Below, piece after piece: positions 61,863 through 64,000 of a stretch of 64,000 bases of DNA. The notes under the pieces are model-generated. The model did not search any database. It was given only the letters and a program-made list of their open reading frames with translations, and had not been told where the DNA came from. Numbering within the stretch: the first letter of the stretch is position 1; each line of letters begins with the position of its first letter. A program made the translations under genes and the position numbers. The stretch spans positions 9,362,001 to 9,426,000 of the forward strand of contig OZ024753.1 in assembly GCA_964016885.1 (NCBI GenBank). The letters run 5' to 3'. Source of the stretch: Eledone cirrhosa (lineage: Eukaryota).

Positions 61863-64000
61863 TCATCATCATCATCATCATCATCAACGTTTAACGTCCG
61901 TGTTCCACGCTTGCATGGGTTTGGACGGGGGTAGTCCCACTTGAGGCAAGAGTGATTGTCTTGCTCGCATAGGACTGTCTGGCAGGTTTTCTACAGTTGG
62001 ATGCCCTTCCTAACACCAACCACATTTACAGTGTGGGTCTGGGAGGTTTTTACCGTGTTGCCTACACGGCCACATTACAGCGTGGACTGTGTGTTTTTTT
62101 GTCGTGACACCTACACGATCTCATTTGTTTCGGCCTGGATGGCGCGGCACCAACATAACTTTACATAGAACGGGGTGGTGTGGATGGGGTGGGGGTGGCG
62201 GCGGGAGGGGTGTATTTTGTTAGAGATGCCTACTGGCAAGGCGGGTCTTCTCTGTTACTGAGTACCGCCAAAGGTCACGGTCCAGTGACATTGTCTTGGA
62301 GAGGTGTAAGTGTGTGAGGTCGGAGTTTATCAGCTCATCCCATGTTTTTCTAGGTCTGCCTATTCCGTGGCTACCGTCTATCTTTATTGCCCTGCACTTT
62401 GTAATACAGCTATCGACTTTCATGCGCATCACGTGTCCATACCAACGCAGCCTTCTCTCGAGTAAACAACATCTGATCCCTCTTATCTCTAATTTTTTCC
62501 TTAGTTCGTTTATGCTTTGCCGTTCACGTATATTACTGTTACACATCCAGCGGAGCATGCAAGCTTCGTTCCTCTCTAGTCTGCGTATATCCTCTGCACA
62601 CAATGCCCAGGTCTCACTACCATGCAACATTGCTGTTCGTATGCAGGCATCGTACAACCTGCCTTTCATTTTTAGGGAGAACCCTTTAGCAGCTAATAGT
62701 GGTATAAGCTCTCTGAACTTTTTCCAACCAGTTCTGACTCTAGCTACAGTACTTTCAGAGCACCCTCCCCCACTGCTGATTTTATCGCCCAGGTAACGGA
62801 AGCTGTCCACTATTTCTATAAAACCCTCTGCGCAATTGAAAGAGCTAGTATTTTGTGGGCACTTGCTGCTACTTATTGCACCAGAACACCGGCCACATGT
62901 AAAGTCTATGTTCTTAGTTAGCTTACCTGTGATCCCACTACATCTTTTATGCACCCATACTTTGCATTTAGGACATAAGATGGAGTTTCTACCTACGCCT
63001 TTCCTACATACCGAGCACGACCATTTCCCAGAAGGGACCGCCGCCTTGTTTTCTTTCCTACAAACTAGAACTTTGGTCTTAGCCAGGTTAATTTTAAGTC
63101 CTTTTGACTCTAGGCCGTGCTTCCATGTTTGGAATTTCTTCTCTAGCTCGGCCATTGATTCCGCTATGAGTGTCAGGTCGTCTGCGTATAGGAGTTCCCA
63201 TGGGCAGCCTGTCTTGAACTCCTCTGTTATAGCCTGAAGGGCAATAATAAATAGTAGGGGGCTGAGAACAGAGCCCTGATGGACGCCAACTTTTACGCTA
63301 AACTCTTCACTATATTCGTTGTTAATTCTAACCTTGCTGACTGTTTCTTTATACATGGCTTGTATAGCCCTCACAAGCCATTCGTCAACGCCTAGTTTTC
63401 TAAGGGCCCACCAGATAATGGAGCGGGGGACTCTGTCGAAGGCTTTCTCCAGGTCGACAAAAGCTAAGTAGAGGGGTTTACCTTTAGCTAGGTACTTCTC
63501 CTGTAGTTGTCGTACTATGAAAAGAGCGTCTGTGGTGCTTTTGCCTGACACAAACCCGAACTGCATTTCATCTAGATCAATTCTCTCTCTGATTAGTTGC
63601 GCTATTACTTTTTCCGTGACCTTCATGACCTGGTCGATTAATTTAATGCCTCTATAGTTACTCCTATCTAGGGCGTCTCCTTTACCCTTATAACAGTTAA
63701 CGATGATGCTGCTATGCCAGTCCTTCGGAACAACCCCATTCTGTACGACTTGGTTAACTATGCGGGTGACCATGGTGTGTCCCACCGTGCCAGATGCCTT
63801 CAGCATCTCAGCAACTATTTCCGAAGGCCCAGCCGCCTTACCAGTCTTCATATCCTTGATTGCCTTACTTATTATACTCCCCTCGACTAACACTGCTGGT
63901 CCCTCTATCGGGTCGATATGGGGGAGACTGTCTTTCTCCCATTTATTCTCCTCATTTAGTAGCCTTTCATAGTGACACTTCCAAGCTACCTTCTTATCAG
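61863..64000 (-). mobile_element. Young RTE-clade LINE running off the window edge
   Basis: (ATG)n tail, ~350-bp UTR, uninterrupted ORF. Confidence 0.95.
62220..64000 (-). CDS. RTE ORF (reverse transcriptase, PHD-like finger, C-terminal region), 5'-partial
   Basis: At least 557 codons open; GKAAGPS, NYRGIKL, MQFGF, DLEKAFD, QGSVLSP, YADD, FRYLG, RLRWYGHV, GRPRKTW. Confidence 0.92.
   Translation of the reverse strand, partial: DKKVAWKCHYERLLNEENKWEKDSLPHIDPIEGPAVLVEGSIISKAIKDMKTGKAAGPSEIVAEMLKASGTVGHTMVTRIVNQVVQNGVVPKDWHSSIIVNCYKGKGDALDRSNYRGIKLIDQVMKVTEKVIAQLIRERIDLDEMQFGFVSGKSTTDALFIVRQLQEKYLAKGKPLYLAFVDLEKAFDRVPRSIIWWALRKLGVDEWLVRAIQAMYKETVSKVRINNEYSEEFSVKVGVHQGSVLSPLLFIIALQAITEEFKTGCPWELLYADDLTLIAESMAELEKKFQTWKHGLESKGLKINLAKTKVLVCRKENKAAVPSGKWSCSVCRKGVGRNSILCPKCKVWVHKRCSGITGKLTKNIDFTCGRCSGAISSSKCPQNTSSFNCAEGFIEIVDSFRYLGDKISSGGGCSESTVARVRTGWKKFRELIPLLAAKGFSLKMKGRLYDACIRTAMLHGSETWALCAEDIRRLERNEACMLRWMCNSNIRERQSINELRKKLEIRGIRCCLLERRLRWYGHVMRMKVDSCITKCRAIKIDGSHGIGRPRKTWDELINSDLTHLHLSKTMSLDRDLWRYSVTEKTRLASRHL

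Overview
AT-rich, repeat-saturated animal genomic DNA with no recognisable host protein-coding gene. The repeat vocabulary suggests a coleoid cephalopod such as Octopus; this is an inference, not a database match. The window is a mosaic of: RTE-clade LINEs (including two near-identical young copies with a PHD-like finger after the RT); CR1, R4/Dong-like, Vingi-like and L1/Tx1-like LINE fragments; two tRNA-derived SINE families; TTAA-flanked piggyBac-like MITEs; an internally deleted Helitron RepHel with a nested GC-rich Ty3/Gypsy-type LTR element; a Penelope GIY-YIG fragment; and many mini/microsatellites, several expanded from TE sub-sequences. Three signals stand out. (i) At least seven minimal type-I hammerhead-ribozyme-like motifs, including a two-copy non-coding retrozyme-like family with a variant CCGAAGA core, some inside long palindromes. 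(ii) A 46-bp inverted repeat pair bracketing the Helitron coding remnant. (iii) Repeated independent birth of satellites from the same LINE 3'UTR segment. Most ORFs in the supplied track are repeat artefacts.
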